Positions 11,567-23,608 of a stretch of 64,000 nucleotides of DNA are shown piece after piece; the stretch's first letter is position 1; each line of letters begins with the position of its first letter. Made by a program: the position numbers and the translations under genes. Source of the stretch: Lama glama (taxonomy: Eukaryota). The DNA is taken from the NCBI GenBank assembly GCA_028534125.1, contig CM052818.1, positions 62,001-126,000 of the forward strand, given 5' to 3'. The notes under the pieces are model-generated. The model did not search any database, was not told the origin of the DNA, and saw only the letters and a program-made list of their open reading frames with translations.

Positions 11567-13543
11567 CGCGTCTACCACTGTAGCCGGATTGTTCCCTGGA
11601 CTTTGACGCCTATCAGGGCTCCTCTTTTCCTTCTCTTCTTCCTCTTCCTCCAGGTCTTCCTTTCCCCGTATCCAATGTGTACACGAAAGGTTTGGCCGAG
11701 AGGTTCGCTGGCCCTTCCTGGAGATGTGAGCATGCCATCAGCATAAAGCTGACCATTTGCGATTGAGACAGTCAGATTCCTCATTTTGGCACGTTGCTTC
11801 TTTAGCAACTCCTCCCAGAAAGGGTCCTTTATATTTTCTTGCTCTTACGTTCTAGATGTGAGATTATGACCTGGATCCCTGAGATCTGCACCTTATCACA
11901 AGGCACTTCTGACATTTTATGGAGGAATGGCTGGGAAGTACAAAAGATGAGCTCATTCAGAAACTTTCCATTTGTTATGGGTAAAGATCTTAATTGGAAA
12001 TGTCTCCTTGTGGAGGCAGGAGGTGTAGAGCTCGGGTAGTAGAGCGCATGTTTAGCATGCATGAGGCCTTGGATTCAATCCCCAGGACCTCCTCTAAAAA
12101 TAAACAGTAAAACCTCATTACCTCTCCCTGCCAAAAAATAAAGTAATACGACAATAAATTAATTTATTTTTTTAAAAAGAAAGAAAATATCTCCTTGTGC
12201 AGTGTTTAAATTCTCATAGCCCGAAGAACAACTCCAGTTTCTTTGCTTCACATCCTAACCTTAACCTGTGTTAATTAATCTTGTCAGGTAAAATCTATTT
12301 TTGGTGACCTCTCTTGGACAATTGATTTCTGTACCCAGATGCCAATTAAACAAAAGCAAGCCACCATATTTGTCAAATGTTTCTTAAGCATGTTCAACAA
12401 GGACCAAATGAAAAATCACAACCCAAAACTATCCCATTTGTATCAAACAAATTATGTTATCACGATCTACCCCACATTAACTCAAGGGGAATTTCCTTAG
12501 CATTGGGAAATACATCAAAGGTTTACATCTCCTGTAGGAACAACGTTTTTAAATTTAAAAAATAGCTTAGAATGTAACATAGTTATTGTTCAAATCATAT
12601 TTCATTCTTATTACTAATCACAAGATTAAAGTGTTAATTATTGGATTTAATCTTAAGCTAAATAAATATTACTCTGACTTTAAGGGGGACAGAAAGCAAG
12701 AGAATGATAAGCACAAAAATGGGACAGACATTCTCTCTTGGTGGTAGGAAGTCAGCGGCATCTTCAACAGAATGGGTAATATTCTAGGTTATATATTCAG
12801 TGGTACCCTCACAGATTTGCTATCACCAGGCTTTATCATGTACCAAAATGTTGCATAACACTTTTTTATATAGAGCAAATGTTACATAAAAAATGTTCCA
12901 GCCTGAGTTATAAGCAAAGAATGCATTATTTTTTTCTTGGACAGGATACCATTATTTTAAACACAAAATTCAAATACATTGTTCTAGTTTTCTGGCTTAT
13001 TCCCAGCAGGATTTTTTTTTTTTTAAGATTTTCAGGAGTTGGATTCACATGTTAATTAATTCCTAAGGTAAAAGATATTTTTGGAGACTTCTTTTGACCA
13101 ATTTAATTCTACTATCAGGTGCTAGTTGGATAAAAGCAAGCTGCCATATTTGTTAGTGTGTTCATTTCAAATGTTTGGTGCAATTTTCTATGTTCTGCTG
13201 TTTCTAAGGTGTTAGAATGAATGTGTTCATGTTCGACTTTCCACTCAATTAGTGGCCTTTTTTATTATAGATTTATGAAAGCTCTTTTTATATACAAATG
13301 TTTCTCCTGTTTTTCATTTGCTAATTATGTTTAATTTTTTTACTTATAAAAAATTTTACTCCTTAAATTATACACCAAGATTCCATGATTTCAAATTTGA
13401 TTTGTCATTCTCCTTTAAGTCTGAAGAACACAATTACATAATTTATTAAGTTCCAAAGAAATAACATTTAGTCTGAAGTCCCACACTCATAAGAATTAAC
13501 TGTTCCTGCCTCAGGATACCTGCAGTAAACTTTTAAGTCCACA
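11567..13543 (-). pseudogene. Three candidate exons: 13543-13520 (24 nt), 12531-12471 (61 nt), 11930-11567 (364 nt)
   Basis: Acceptors ttgtgtcttag, ttgttcctacag and ttgtacttcccag; donor GCG|gtaaag at 11566. They continue the upstream frame (QISGIQVIISHLE). Two inferred 1-nt deletions then link KDPFWEELLKKQ and EDLEEEEEEKEK..NNPATVVDA. Confidence 0.5.
12013..12184 (+). mobile_element. Vic-1-like SINE
   Basis: A/B boxes; TSD AAATRTCTCCTTGTG (11998-12012, 12185-12199). Confidence 0.85.
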
Positions 13544-13593
13544 CTAAGACACAAAAATAAACTAGGATGTGTATGTCATATAAAAAACTTTTC

Positions 13594-13778
13594 AGATAAA
13601 CAACAAGGTCCTACTGTATAGCACAGGGAACTATATTCAATACCTTGTAATGGCCTATAATGAAAAGGAATATATATATATGTATGTGTGTGTAACTGAA
13701 TCACTATGCTGTACACCAGAAATTAATACAACCTTGTAAATCAACTGTACTTCAATTTAAAAAAAGAATTTAAAAAAA
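13594..13778 (+). mobile_element. LINE-1 3' end fragment
   Basis: gataaacaacaaggtcctactgtatagcacagggaac followed by an A tail. Confidence 0.85.
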
Positions 13779-14241
13779 CATTTCACAGTGTACTGTGAAA
13801 AATAACATTAAAATGTTACCAAATTTCAACAATATTATTCATGGTGTTTACCCAATTAGGTTTCAAAATGCCTGATCAACTGAATTAAATGCAAATAACT
13901 TCACAGAGGCTCTTTAAAAAGTTTTCCCAAAATTTTGAAATGTTTATTGAATTAATATAACTTTTAAGATGTCGAAGTGTGCTATACATATTGTATTTTC
14001 TGCTAGGCTGAGCTAGTATCTTCCATGACAAGATGTGAAAACTATTGACTAGAATTCACTTTAAGATCAATAGGTACTTGATTAATTTCCCTGAAACTGT
14101 CAACATCATTACCAAAACCATCCAGGATTTTGTAAGATTTGATTATTCAAATACAGTTTTAATTTAAGAAGGGAAAAAAAGCTCTCATATATTAATGTGA
14201 AAACGTTTTTAGCTCTTAAAATTAGATTATCAACCTTCTGC

Positions 14242-17200
14242 TTTGTTATTTTGGGTTTTTGGTTTTTTGTTGCTGTTGTTGTTTTTAATTGAACTCATGT
14301 TTAATAATTACAGGCACCGTGCCCCTCTTCCCCCTGCCCAGGCAGCACCAGGGGTGGTGCAGGGGCTGGAGCATATGCCCAGCAGTGAGGATGGCAGTCC
14401 CAAGAGTGATTTTCAGAAAATAAAAAAAGACCCCAGGGGCAAGCAGTGGTGCCCGCCCCCCCACCACCACCAAGATACACCGAATTTCAAGACTTTATAT
14501 ACATCTCTGCGCCCCAAGGGGAGGAGAAGGACACCGGCAGCATCCTGGAGGTGTGGCCCCAGGCAGCCCCAAGCCATCCTGCCTCTTCAGCCACTTTATT
14601 AGCTCAGACACATGGCACCACAGGCACCCACTGCCACTGCAGCTGCTGCCGCCCCTCTTGCCGTCCGGGAGGCTGACTTGGCCGTCTGAGGGTCCATGGG
14701 GCTCCAAGTCCCCGGCCCCCCAACCCTCAGTTGCGGTCAGACTCCTCCTCCTCTGCCTCACGAAGCCATTTGAAGAAAGCTGGGACAGATTTAAGGGCCA
14801 CACCCTTGCCCTGCTGCTCAGCGGGGTCCTTGCTACTCTCCCAGCTATAGAAGGCATCCTCCTTCACCGCATCCTCGTCACACAACGCATCAAAGAAAGT
14901 CCAAAGCAGGTTGGCAGGCTGTTCTATGGTCACTGCAAGGGCCTGGAGGGTATAAAGTGCCTGCAACTCCTTCTGCTCATCACACAGGTATTTCTGTAGC
15001 AGTTTCGCGCGCGCTTTCAGCACCGCAACGTCCACTCGGAGAGGAGTCTCAAAGATAATTGCGGAATAGCAGACAGTTGTCATGAGGGCTCGAACTAGTG
15101 TGTTGGATGCTACCTGCTGCGCACTCAGGTTGGCCTCTATCCAGTCAAACACCCGCTGGTCACTGCTGCTCTCCTTCAGCAGCTTCAGCTGCCCGCTCAG
15201 CTCCTCGGAGGAGAGCAGCCTCTGGCCCGGGGATTCTGACTCCTCTCCCAGGGTGGACTCCAGCTTCTGTGCAGTGACGAATGCACCGACATCCTGGCCT
15301 TCAGGTAGAAATTCCTTCCAGCTGAGTCCAGCCTCTCGCCACAGCATCCCCACCTTTTTGGGACCCGTACTTTTGCACAGGAGCCCCAGGATCTCTAGCA
15401 ACAGGGAAGCAGTCTTGCCCAGGGGTCTCAGAGGTTTTGTTAATTCTGCTGAACGGCTCCCCCATGGGCACCCCACTATCCTGCAGAATGGGTGTTACCA
15501 GTTCTGCTAGGTAGAGCCACTCGTGAGGGATGCCAATTTCCATGTCTTCAGCCAATTCCAGGACTTCATACAGCCCTTGGCAGTACTGAGCAGCGGAGAG
15601 GTGCCCGGCACAGAGCAGCTGGTGCAGCAGCCGCCCCAGTGTGGACTCAATGCCGTGCCGCACGAAGGTGAAGAGCAGCGAGGGCGAGGCCAACTCCTGC
15701 ACACACTGCACTGCCTCCTTCATGTCATTGAGATGGAGGTATTCTTCAGTGATGGCCCTGGATTTCTTCTCCAGCTCCTCTTCAGAGAGCTTTGCCTTCA
15801 GGGAGCTCACCTGAGGCAGGGCAGCTTCTTGCTTCACAGCACCCCATCCACGGCCCCGATCCTCCCCTAAGGCTGGCTGCCTTGCACAGTCCCTCAGGCC
15901 GGGAGGGCCGCTCTCTACTCCACTCCTCCACCTCCTTGCTGAAGCTCCGCTTGGTGGCGGGTGTCCATGCATGATCAAGCCGGTCCCTACGGTCACCTCC
16001 CCCTTCACTCCGCTCCAGGCAGTCTCCTCGGTCCCCAGCTTTCCCACCTCGTCCCCAGCTTAAGCTACTCCTCTGTACCACACGTCTGTTATCTGTGCTC
16101 TCTGTAGGAACTGCTTGTTGAAGGACTGAGAAGCGATTCAAGGTACTGGACGAGCAGCTTCTGATGCCGGATGGGAGGGCTTGGCTCCTGAGCCTCCACT
16201 GCTGCCCTTGCCCCAGCTCAATCGCCTTCCAGGTACAAAAAGCTGGTTGTTAGAATCAATGAAGCCAGGCTTCGTGATCTTGATAAGTCATGTGGTTTCA
16301 ATAGGGCAGCTGCCCTTGCTGATGGAGACTGTGTTCCAGCCACCGTCATCCACAAGTGGAAGGCCACGGCTGATGGGGGGGCCTGGAGGGCCACCCCAAC
16401 GCTTATCGCTGCCCTTGGTCATTAGCTGCTGCACTTTTATGTGCTCCCGATGCTCCCCCATCTCAGCCTCCTTGTGGATCTGGTCAGTTGTCTTGGGACT
16501 TGGTCCCCTTGGCTTGGCACCCAATTGCTCCGTCGCAGATCCAGTACATCTTGCAGCATAAAGCGGATTCGGGATGAAGTCTTCTTTTCCTTAATGATTT
16601 TTTTTCATCTGGTTGAAATACTGATCCATTCAGGGCTTGGCCTTTTCAAAGTCCAGGACTTTGCCAATGACGGTGAGCAGACCGCAAAGGCGTTCAAGAG
16701 ACTCTTCGTCGTGGTTCTTAAGTCGTTTAACCACGCAGTCATGCATGATCGCCTCCGCTAACATCTTCAGTTTGAACAACTCCCCGATGAACTTTATGTT
16801 CCCTAAAGAGCGCCGCCAGGCAATGTCTCAAGCCTCTTCCAGCTCTTCCTTCAGGCGTCCCCATTCCTCTGCCGTAGCAGCTTCATGCATCTCTTTTTGC
16901 TCCCTCTCAAAAACCTCATCATCATCTTTGTCCTTTTCAAACTCCTTTTGACATTGATTCAACAACAGTTTCCCGAAGTTCACAGTCACTGTTGGCTTTT
17001 CTGCAGTGGGCACTTTCAGCGCCGTGACGCAGCGGCACATGTTGGCATAGGCCACTGAGTAGTTGGGCTCTGAAATGGCCTTCTTGAAGATGAGGTCAAT
17101 GACCCCTTCGAGGCATTCCTCCGTGTCGATGGTCAGCTGCATCACTTGCTTTATCAGCTGCTGAAACATCTGGGGTGTCAGCTTATTCAAGATGGAGCGC

Positions 17201-19664
17201 ACCCTGCGGAACAGGTCCTGGGTTTTGCTACCATCAGCATCCTCTTCCCCTCGGTCCTTAACAGCTGCTGTCCGCTTGCTGCTGGGTTTCCAGGCCTTCT
17301 CTGCTTTGTTCATCTTTTTATCTTCAGTTGTTGACACTGTGGCAGTAATCTTGCATGGTTCCTTTTGGGGCTTCTGCTGAGAACGCCGGGGTCCCAGACT
17401 AGCCTGCGGCCCTCGGGATAGCTCCCCACCTGGCCCACCCCTTGGGGGCCCACGGTTGCTAAGGGCTGGTCGGCCAAGGTTGGCAAGGACAGAGTGAAGT
17501 CTGGGCCACAATTTATGCCTTGAAGTCCAGCAGGATCCAGTGGCCGCAATGGTGTCTTATTGGCCTTATCCAACACCACGTCACTGCTATGGGGCAACCC
17601 CTCTGGCTTCTGCACACATACCGGCAAATGTGAACTGAAAGCCAAGCAGGAACGCACGGTCATAAAGCTTTTTCTCCTCACGATTTAGAGGCTTCCACTG
17701 ATCTGACTTATATTCATACTTCTGTTCCCCGGGCTGAATGTTCTCAGCATTTTGAATCTTGTCTTCCTTTGAGTCCCAGGTCTCATCTGCCTCCTCAGGC
17801 CATGGGGGGGCACACCGCTGCCCTCAGGCTCTGGGCTGGACTTACTGCCTACGGGAGGCTGGTTTTCCACTTCTGGTTCTCCTGGGTTCACCTCCTTGAA
17901 AGCATCCAGAAGGTCTCCTGCAGTCTCCTTGTTGAGCTCCTTAGTCTTCCGTCTCCTCTTTGGCACAGATGCTGCCACTTGGGTGGCTGCTGCTGCCTCC
18001 AAATTCTGGGACTGGCGGGCGGGGAGAGGGGTGCTCTCTGGGGGGAGTGGTTCCTCTCCACCCTTCTCACTCTCAGGTTCTCCTGCTTCTTCCTCTTCTT
18101 CCTCTTCCTCTGCATCCTCCTCCTGAGCAGGGGAGGCAGCTGAGGGAGCCACAGCTGGAGTGGCAGAAAGGACAGTAGGGGGAGCCACTGATGCTGTAGC
18201 CTCCTTGGTCTGCTCCTCTTGCTCCCTGACGGGGCTTAAGCCCACAGCTGGTGTTGAGGGGCTTCCGCTGAGCAGTTCCTCGGGTTGGGCAGTTGGAGCA
18301 ACAGGCATGGGGGATCCAGAGGGACAAACCGAGGGAGGGAGAGGGGCAAGCTCCGGGCTTGACTCCGCCTCTGGTTCCAAATCTTCAGATGGGACTGTGC
18401 CATTAGGCTCAGGAAGAAGTTCCACCTTGTGAGATGCCAGGGGATGGGAACCTGGAGAGGCCTGGAAGAGAACTCAGATTCTGGAGCTGGTTTGCTAAGC
18501 ATCACAGCTACTTCCAGTATGGGTTCAGCAAAGGGGCAGGCTCTGGAGAGAGGCAGCATGGCTCCCCAGGGTCACAAGGCATGGGGGTCGTTGATTCTTC
18601 TATAGACATTTGTTCCATCCCGTTTTCATAGTGTCCCCAGGAGTAGACCCCAGGACTGCAACATTAGGCTCAGACCCCGGTTCCAAGACTGGGAGTGGTG
18701 ATGGGGTCGGAGAAGGTGATGAAGGCTGGGATTCTGAAGGGCTATGTTCTGGGCCAGGCAGCCCTGGCCCGTCCCCAGTGATTGCTCCCTGCAACCGGTC
18801 ATCTGGCCGGACAATGACAGCAAGCTGGGGAATCTCCCCATTAGCCTGAGGCTCCAGAGCCCCTCCCACCTGGGGAAGAGTGAGCGTGGAGGCGGTGCGG
18901 GCCCTAGACATGGTCTCCCCTGTGATACCCTGCCCTTCTTGATTCAGATCTCGAATTCGGATCGTCTTCCACTCCCTGTTGGGTGCAATCTGGGGTGGCT
19001 GGTTCATCAAAACCGGGGTGGGGGGCCACACCAGTGGGAAATTGCTGCACACCCTGGGCTGGGTGGTAGGCACCAGCATTGGTCCCAAACTCTGCAGGGC
19101 TTGTGCCTGGATAGAAGCTTGGGGCTCCCGGCTGCACAGGATGCTGCTGTGTCAGGACAACCTCTGTAGAACGTCCCTGCCCAGGGATGTAATAGGCCCC
19201 CTGGGAGGCCGGGTAGGAGATCTGGGTGGGGATCATCATTACTTGGGATCCAGCAGGGTAGACACAGGCAGCAGGGCCAGGGCGGGCAGGGGCTGCACTC
19301 TGCACTCGGGGCTGGGCCCGGCTAGGGTAGACGTGCTGGCGGGGCTGAGAAGGCATGATCATTTGTGTCACCTGAGGCGGACTGAACACCACCGGTGCTG
19401 TCTGCCCCGGGGCAACCGCTGGCTGCGGGAGTCCAGGGGATGGAGCAGATGGGGGGCCTGTGGGCTGCGGAGCTCTGTTCATTTCATTTGGTGCCACATC
19501 AGGGTCCCCCCAGCACCCCCTCGGTTAAGAATAAATCCACGGTGTGGCCTGCAGGTTCTGGGCATCCGAGGGCCTTCAGTCTCCTTCAGTCCGTGTGGCC
19601 GAGCCCCACGCAGCCACACAGACATAGTCCACAACCATTCCCAGCTCCCTGCACGGATCTCCTG
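14242..19664 (-). pseudogene. EIF4G1: Processed (intronless) pseudogene of eukaryotic translation initiation factor 4 gamma 1, near full length with 5' UTR, CDS-equivalent 19482..14727, 3' UTR and decayed poly(A)
   Basis: Overlapping minus-strand ORFs reproduce EIF4G1 in order. They run [11 protein letters not shown] (ATG 19482), the PABP-binding KTIRIRD segment, the eIF4E motif YDRAFLL (17664-17644), MIF4G ([20 protein letters not shown]), MA3 ([19 protein letters not shown]) and W2 ending [16 protein letters not shown] (stop 14727). There are no introns, more than 10 frameshifts or stops (including CGA>TGA at 16828 and 16288), an ATTAAA near the 3' end and an A-rich tail at 14242-14286. Confidence 0.97.
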
Positions 19665-19669
19665 TTTTT

Positions 19670-21110
19670 TTGGTTTTGGCCTTTGCATTATGACAGTATC
19701 CTTCATCCTAAAATAATGAAATCAACCATCTAAATTTTCTTCTAGCAGGTTTACGGTTTTATTTATGTTCATAGAAGGCATAGGTCAACGTACTACAGCC
19801 CTTGGGCTAAATCAAGGCAGTGCCTACTTTTTTCTAAGATCCTGTGACCCCTGGACCTTCATATATATTGCTATATGCTCTGTATGTGTTCAAAGCAATA
19901 TAAGCCCTTTGCCAGCCATATGTGTGGCGCAGTCTCCCTCTGCAGACTTCTTTTTCACTTTCCTAATGTCATTTTTGATGAAAGGAGGCTTTTATTTTAC
20001 TATATTCATATATATCAATCTTTTCCTTTATGATTAGCGCTTTTTTACGTTCTGCTTAAGAAATCTTTCCATATCCTGAGATCATGAAGATAATTCTTTT
20101 ATACTGTCTTTTTATTATTTTCCTTTCTTGATTTTTTTCTTGTCCTATCAGATTTATTTTAAAAATTACTATTTCAAGATAATTCACATGTATTTCTAAG
20201 AAATAATTCGATGAGATCTTGTGTACCCTTCACTTAGCTTCCCCCAGGGGTAACATCTTGCAAAACCGTAGTACATGATCACAACCAAGATACTGACATT
20301 GACAGTGATACAGTCAAGACACAGAACGTTTCTATCGCCGCTGATACCTCCTGTGCTGCCCTTTTGCAGCCACATGCACTCCTTCCAGCCCCCACCGCCT
20401 TCTGAACTCCTAGCAACCATTAATCTGCCGTCCATTTCTGTAATTTTTTTCCTATTATGAATGACATATAAATGGAATCGTTTAGTACATAACCTTTTGA
20501 GATTGATTTTTTGACTTTCTTTAAAATGATAGTTTACTAGAATTTTATTTGTGTGTGTGTGTGAAGCAGAAATTAATTTTCATCTTTTTCGTGATGGGTA
20601 CTCCAATATCCCAGAACATTCACTGAAAAAGGTTTCCTTTCCCACTGCTCTGCGTTGCCACTTTTGACACTGATACATTTGTTCATCCTTGAGTCAATCC
20701 CACAGTCTTACTACTATAGTTTTTAATACATCTTGATACTGCTAGCTAAGTAATTTCTCCCATATATTCTTGCTTACATATACATGGTTAATTATATATT
20801 ATTTTATATACTAAATTAATTTATATTAATATGTAATGTTTATTATATATTGTTTAACATACATTTGTTTATGTTAAATATATAAATTTACATAAATATA
20901 AAATTATAAGTATCTGTATATATTTATTATCTACTATTTTAATAAATTTATATATAAATTTCCTTCTAAGCACAGCCTTATCTGCATTGTACAACACGGG
21001 ATGTACTTATAGTATTTTTATTATTATTCAACTCAAAATACTTTATAATATTATCAGGTGCCTACGTATTTAGCGTTGTTATATCTTACTAGTGAATGAA
21101 GCCCTCAATT
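19670..21110 (-). mobile_element. Ancient L1 (L1ME/L1MC-type) fragments
   Basis: T-rich antisense L1-like sequence with a nested L1MC-like 3' end at about 20160-20520. Boundaries are approximate. Confidence 0.6.
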
Positions 21111-22052
21111 ATATCTTTCTAGAATGAGTTTATATTACTTCTACCATGTGTCTAGAAGCACTAGTAACCTGAGAGCACCTTCATCCAATTTCAGAGACTG
21201 AATAATTAAAACTGAGTTGCAATCCCTTTGAAGGCTTATTTATATCTGCTCCCAGCTTACTCCTAGGGTATAGACACCCCTTTGAGGTCTCAGTCTAAAA
21301 GGAGAAGAGTCCATCAGGCTTCCCCCTTGGTGAGCCCTGGACTTCAAGCAAGACGTCACTCAGCCTCGTAACCACCCCCTCCAGGACTGGCAAGTACTCC
21401 AGGAACCTGCATACTGATGGGAAATAATTGTTCCTTTTGCATTTTAAGCTAAAGCTGATCATGGTGCTGAACTTGGCTGTTAATTCTGGAAAGTTGTCTC
21501 TGCTGCTTCTGTTACACTCTCCAGGTAGATAACAACGTCGCTGGTAAATGGTCATGCTTTTGTCTCTGTGGCATTTGGTCCTACAGAGGTAATGGGCACA
21601 GTCAGTCTAATTTTTAAGCATGCCTCTTGGCTCAGAAGCTTTATAATATTTTGCTTACATGTCGAAATGTGAGTCTCTTCTCGTTGATTTGGTATAGAAG
21701 GAGCAAACCATTTTAATCAATGTGGGAAACTCTTTCCGGCAGTCAGAAAATATTCTTTTATTTCCTAGTGAAGTATTCTGTTCGATTTGTTCTGTTCTCT
21801 TCTTCACAAACATTCACTTATGAGATGCCTCAGTTTTCTGTTCTCTGTTCCGTTTTGTTCATTGTATCTCCCACAGAAACTTTTCTCCCTTTTTCTCTGC
21901 CTTCTGGGAGAATTTCTCAGTCCTGTTCTTCACATAATCCCGTTTTCATTTTCTGTATCAGTTTTGCTTATTTCTGTCTCAATATACATTTTTTTAGTTT
22001 TGTTCTCTTTCTCTTTGTAGGTTCCTGTCTTATTTCATAAAGACCATGCCTT

Positions 22053-22868
22053 CAAGTCCACAAATGACAAACGCTGGAGAGCCTGTGGGGTAAAGGGAAC
22101 CCTCCTACACTGCTGGTGGGAATGCAGTTTGGTGCAGCCATTGTGTAAAACAGTATGGAGACTCCTCAAAAGACTAAAAATAGACTTACCGTATGACCCA
22201 GGAATCCCGCTCCTGGGCATATATCCAGGTGGATCCCTACTTCAGGATGACACCTGCACCCCAATGTCCATAGCAGCACTATTTACAATAGCCAAGACAT
22301 GGAAACAGCCTAAATGTCCATCGACAGATGACTGGATAAAGAAGAGGTGGTATATTTATACAATGGAATACTACTCAGCCATAAAAACAACAATGTAATG
22401 CCATTTCCAGCAACTTGGATGTCCCTGGAGAATGTCATTCTAAGTGAAGTAAGCCAGAAAGAGAAAGAAAAATACCATATGAAATTGCTCATATGTGGAA
22501 TCTAAAAAAAAAAAAACACCCATAAATACAAAACAATAACAGACTCATAAACAGAATACAAACTTGTGGTTGCCAGGGGGGTGGGGGGTGGGAAGGCACA
22601 GAATGGGATTTCAAAATTTGTGGATACTGACAGGCATATGTAGAACAGATAAACAAGATTATATTGTATAGCACAGGGAAATACATACAAGATCTTGTGG
22701 TAGCTCACAGCAAAAAAAAAAGTGACAATGAATATATGTATGTTCATGTATAACTGAAAAATTGTGCTCTACACTGGAATTTGACACAGCATTGTGAAAT
22801 GGCTATAACTCAATAAAAAATGTTTTAAAAAATAAATAAAGCCCCCCCCAAAAAATAATAAAAAAAAA
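22053..22868 (+). mobile_element. Young 5'-truncated LINE-1
   Basis: ORF2 C-terminus ([23 protein letters not shown]), 3' UTR, poly(A), perfect 16-bp TSD ATAAAGACCATGCCTT. Confidence 0.95.
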
Positions 22869-22949
22869 ATAAAGACCATGCCTTTTTTTACTCTACTGAG
22901 GATACCAAACAGCTTCTGAAATTTTCTTTGGAGCCTGCAATACTTCATT

Positions 22950-23097
22950 TCTTTCTTTTTTTTAACTTTTTGGGGGGATAATTAGGTTTGTTTATTTATT
23001 TATCTATTTATTTTTAATGGAGGTGCTGGGGATTGAACCCAGGACCTCACGCATTCTAAACACATGGTCTACCACTGAGCTATATCCTCCCTCCCCC
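22950..23097 (-). mobile_element. Vic-1-like SINE
   Basis: ggggattgaacccaggacc..actgagctatatcc, the antisense of the consensus. Confidence 0.85.
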
Positions 23098-23608
23098 AGT
23101 ACCTCATATCTGAAGATACAGTTGAGCTCTGAATCTTTAGTCAGCTACTTCCTTCCCCTTGTTTCTGTCATTTTTTTTTACAGGTTCTATATTGAATTGT
23201 TTTCCTCTTTATCATGGCCTTTATCATTATAATCTGGGTCACATTTATTGAGTGCTTATTTTGTACTGTCCTAAACATTTCTCATGCGTTGACTTATGTA
23301 ATCCTCACAACAATGAAGAAAGAAGCATTATTTTTTTCTAAATCAAGTACCATCAGTTACAATGTGTCAATTTCTGGTGTACAGCACAATGTCCCAGTCA
23401 TGCAAGAAAGAAGCATTATTAACCTCATTTTATAGATGTGTATGCTGAGGCATCAAAGTTAGGTAACTTGCCCAAGGTCACAGAGCTATAAATAGTGGAG
23501 TCGGGATTTGAACCCAGACAGTCTGGCTCCAGAGTATCTTTATTATACTGCCTCTCAGTCATATATAAATCACTTTTTAAAAGGTAAATGCTGTTTAAAC
23601 TTAGTATT

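Noticed and set aside
13511..13519. U12-type 5' splice site (GTATCCT) after the 24-nt exon
   Set aside because: It lacks the full GTATCCTT consensus, and I found no clear U12 branch site before the next acceptor.
14727..19497. Functional EIF4G1 gene or retrogene
   Set aside because: More than 10 frameshifts and nonsense changes, starting near codon 150; intronless with a poly(A) remnant.
14243..19733. Long plus-strand ORFs over the retrocopy (e.g. 18979-19716)
   Set aside because: Antisense shadows of GC-rich coding-derived sequence.
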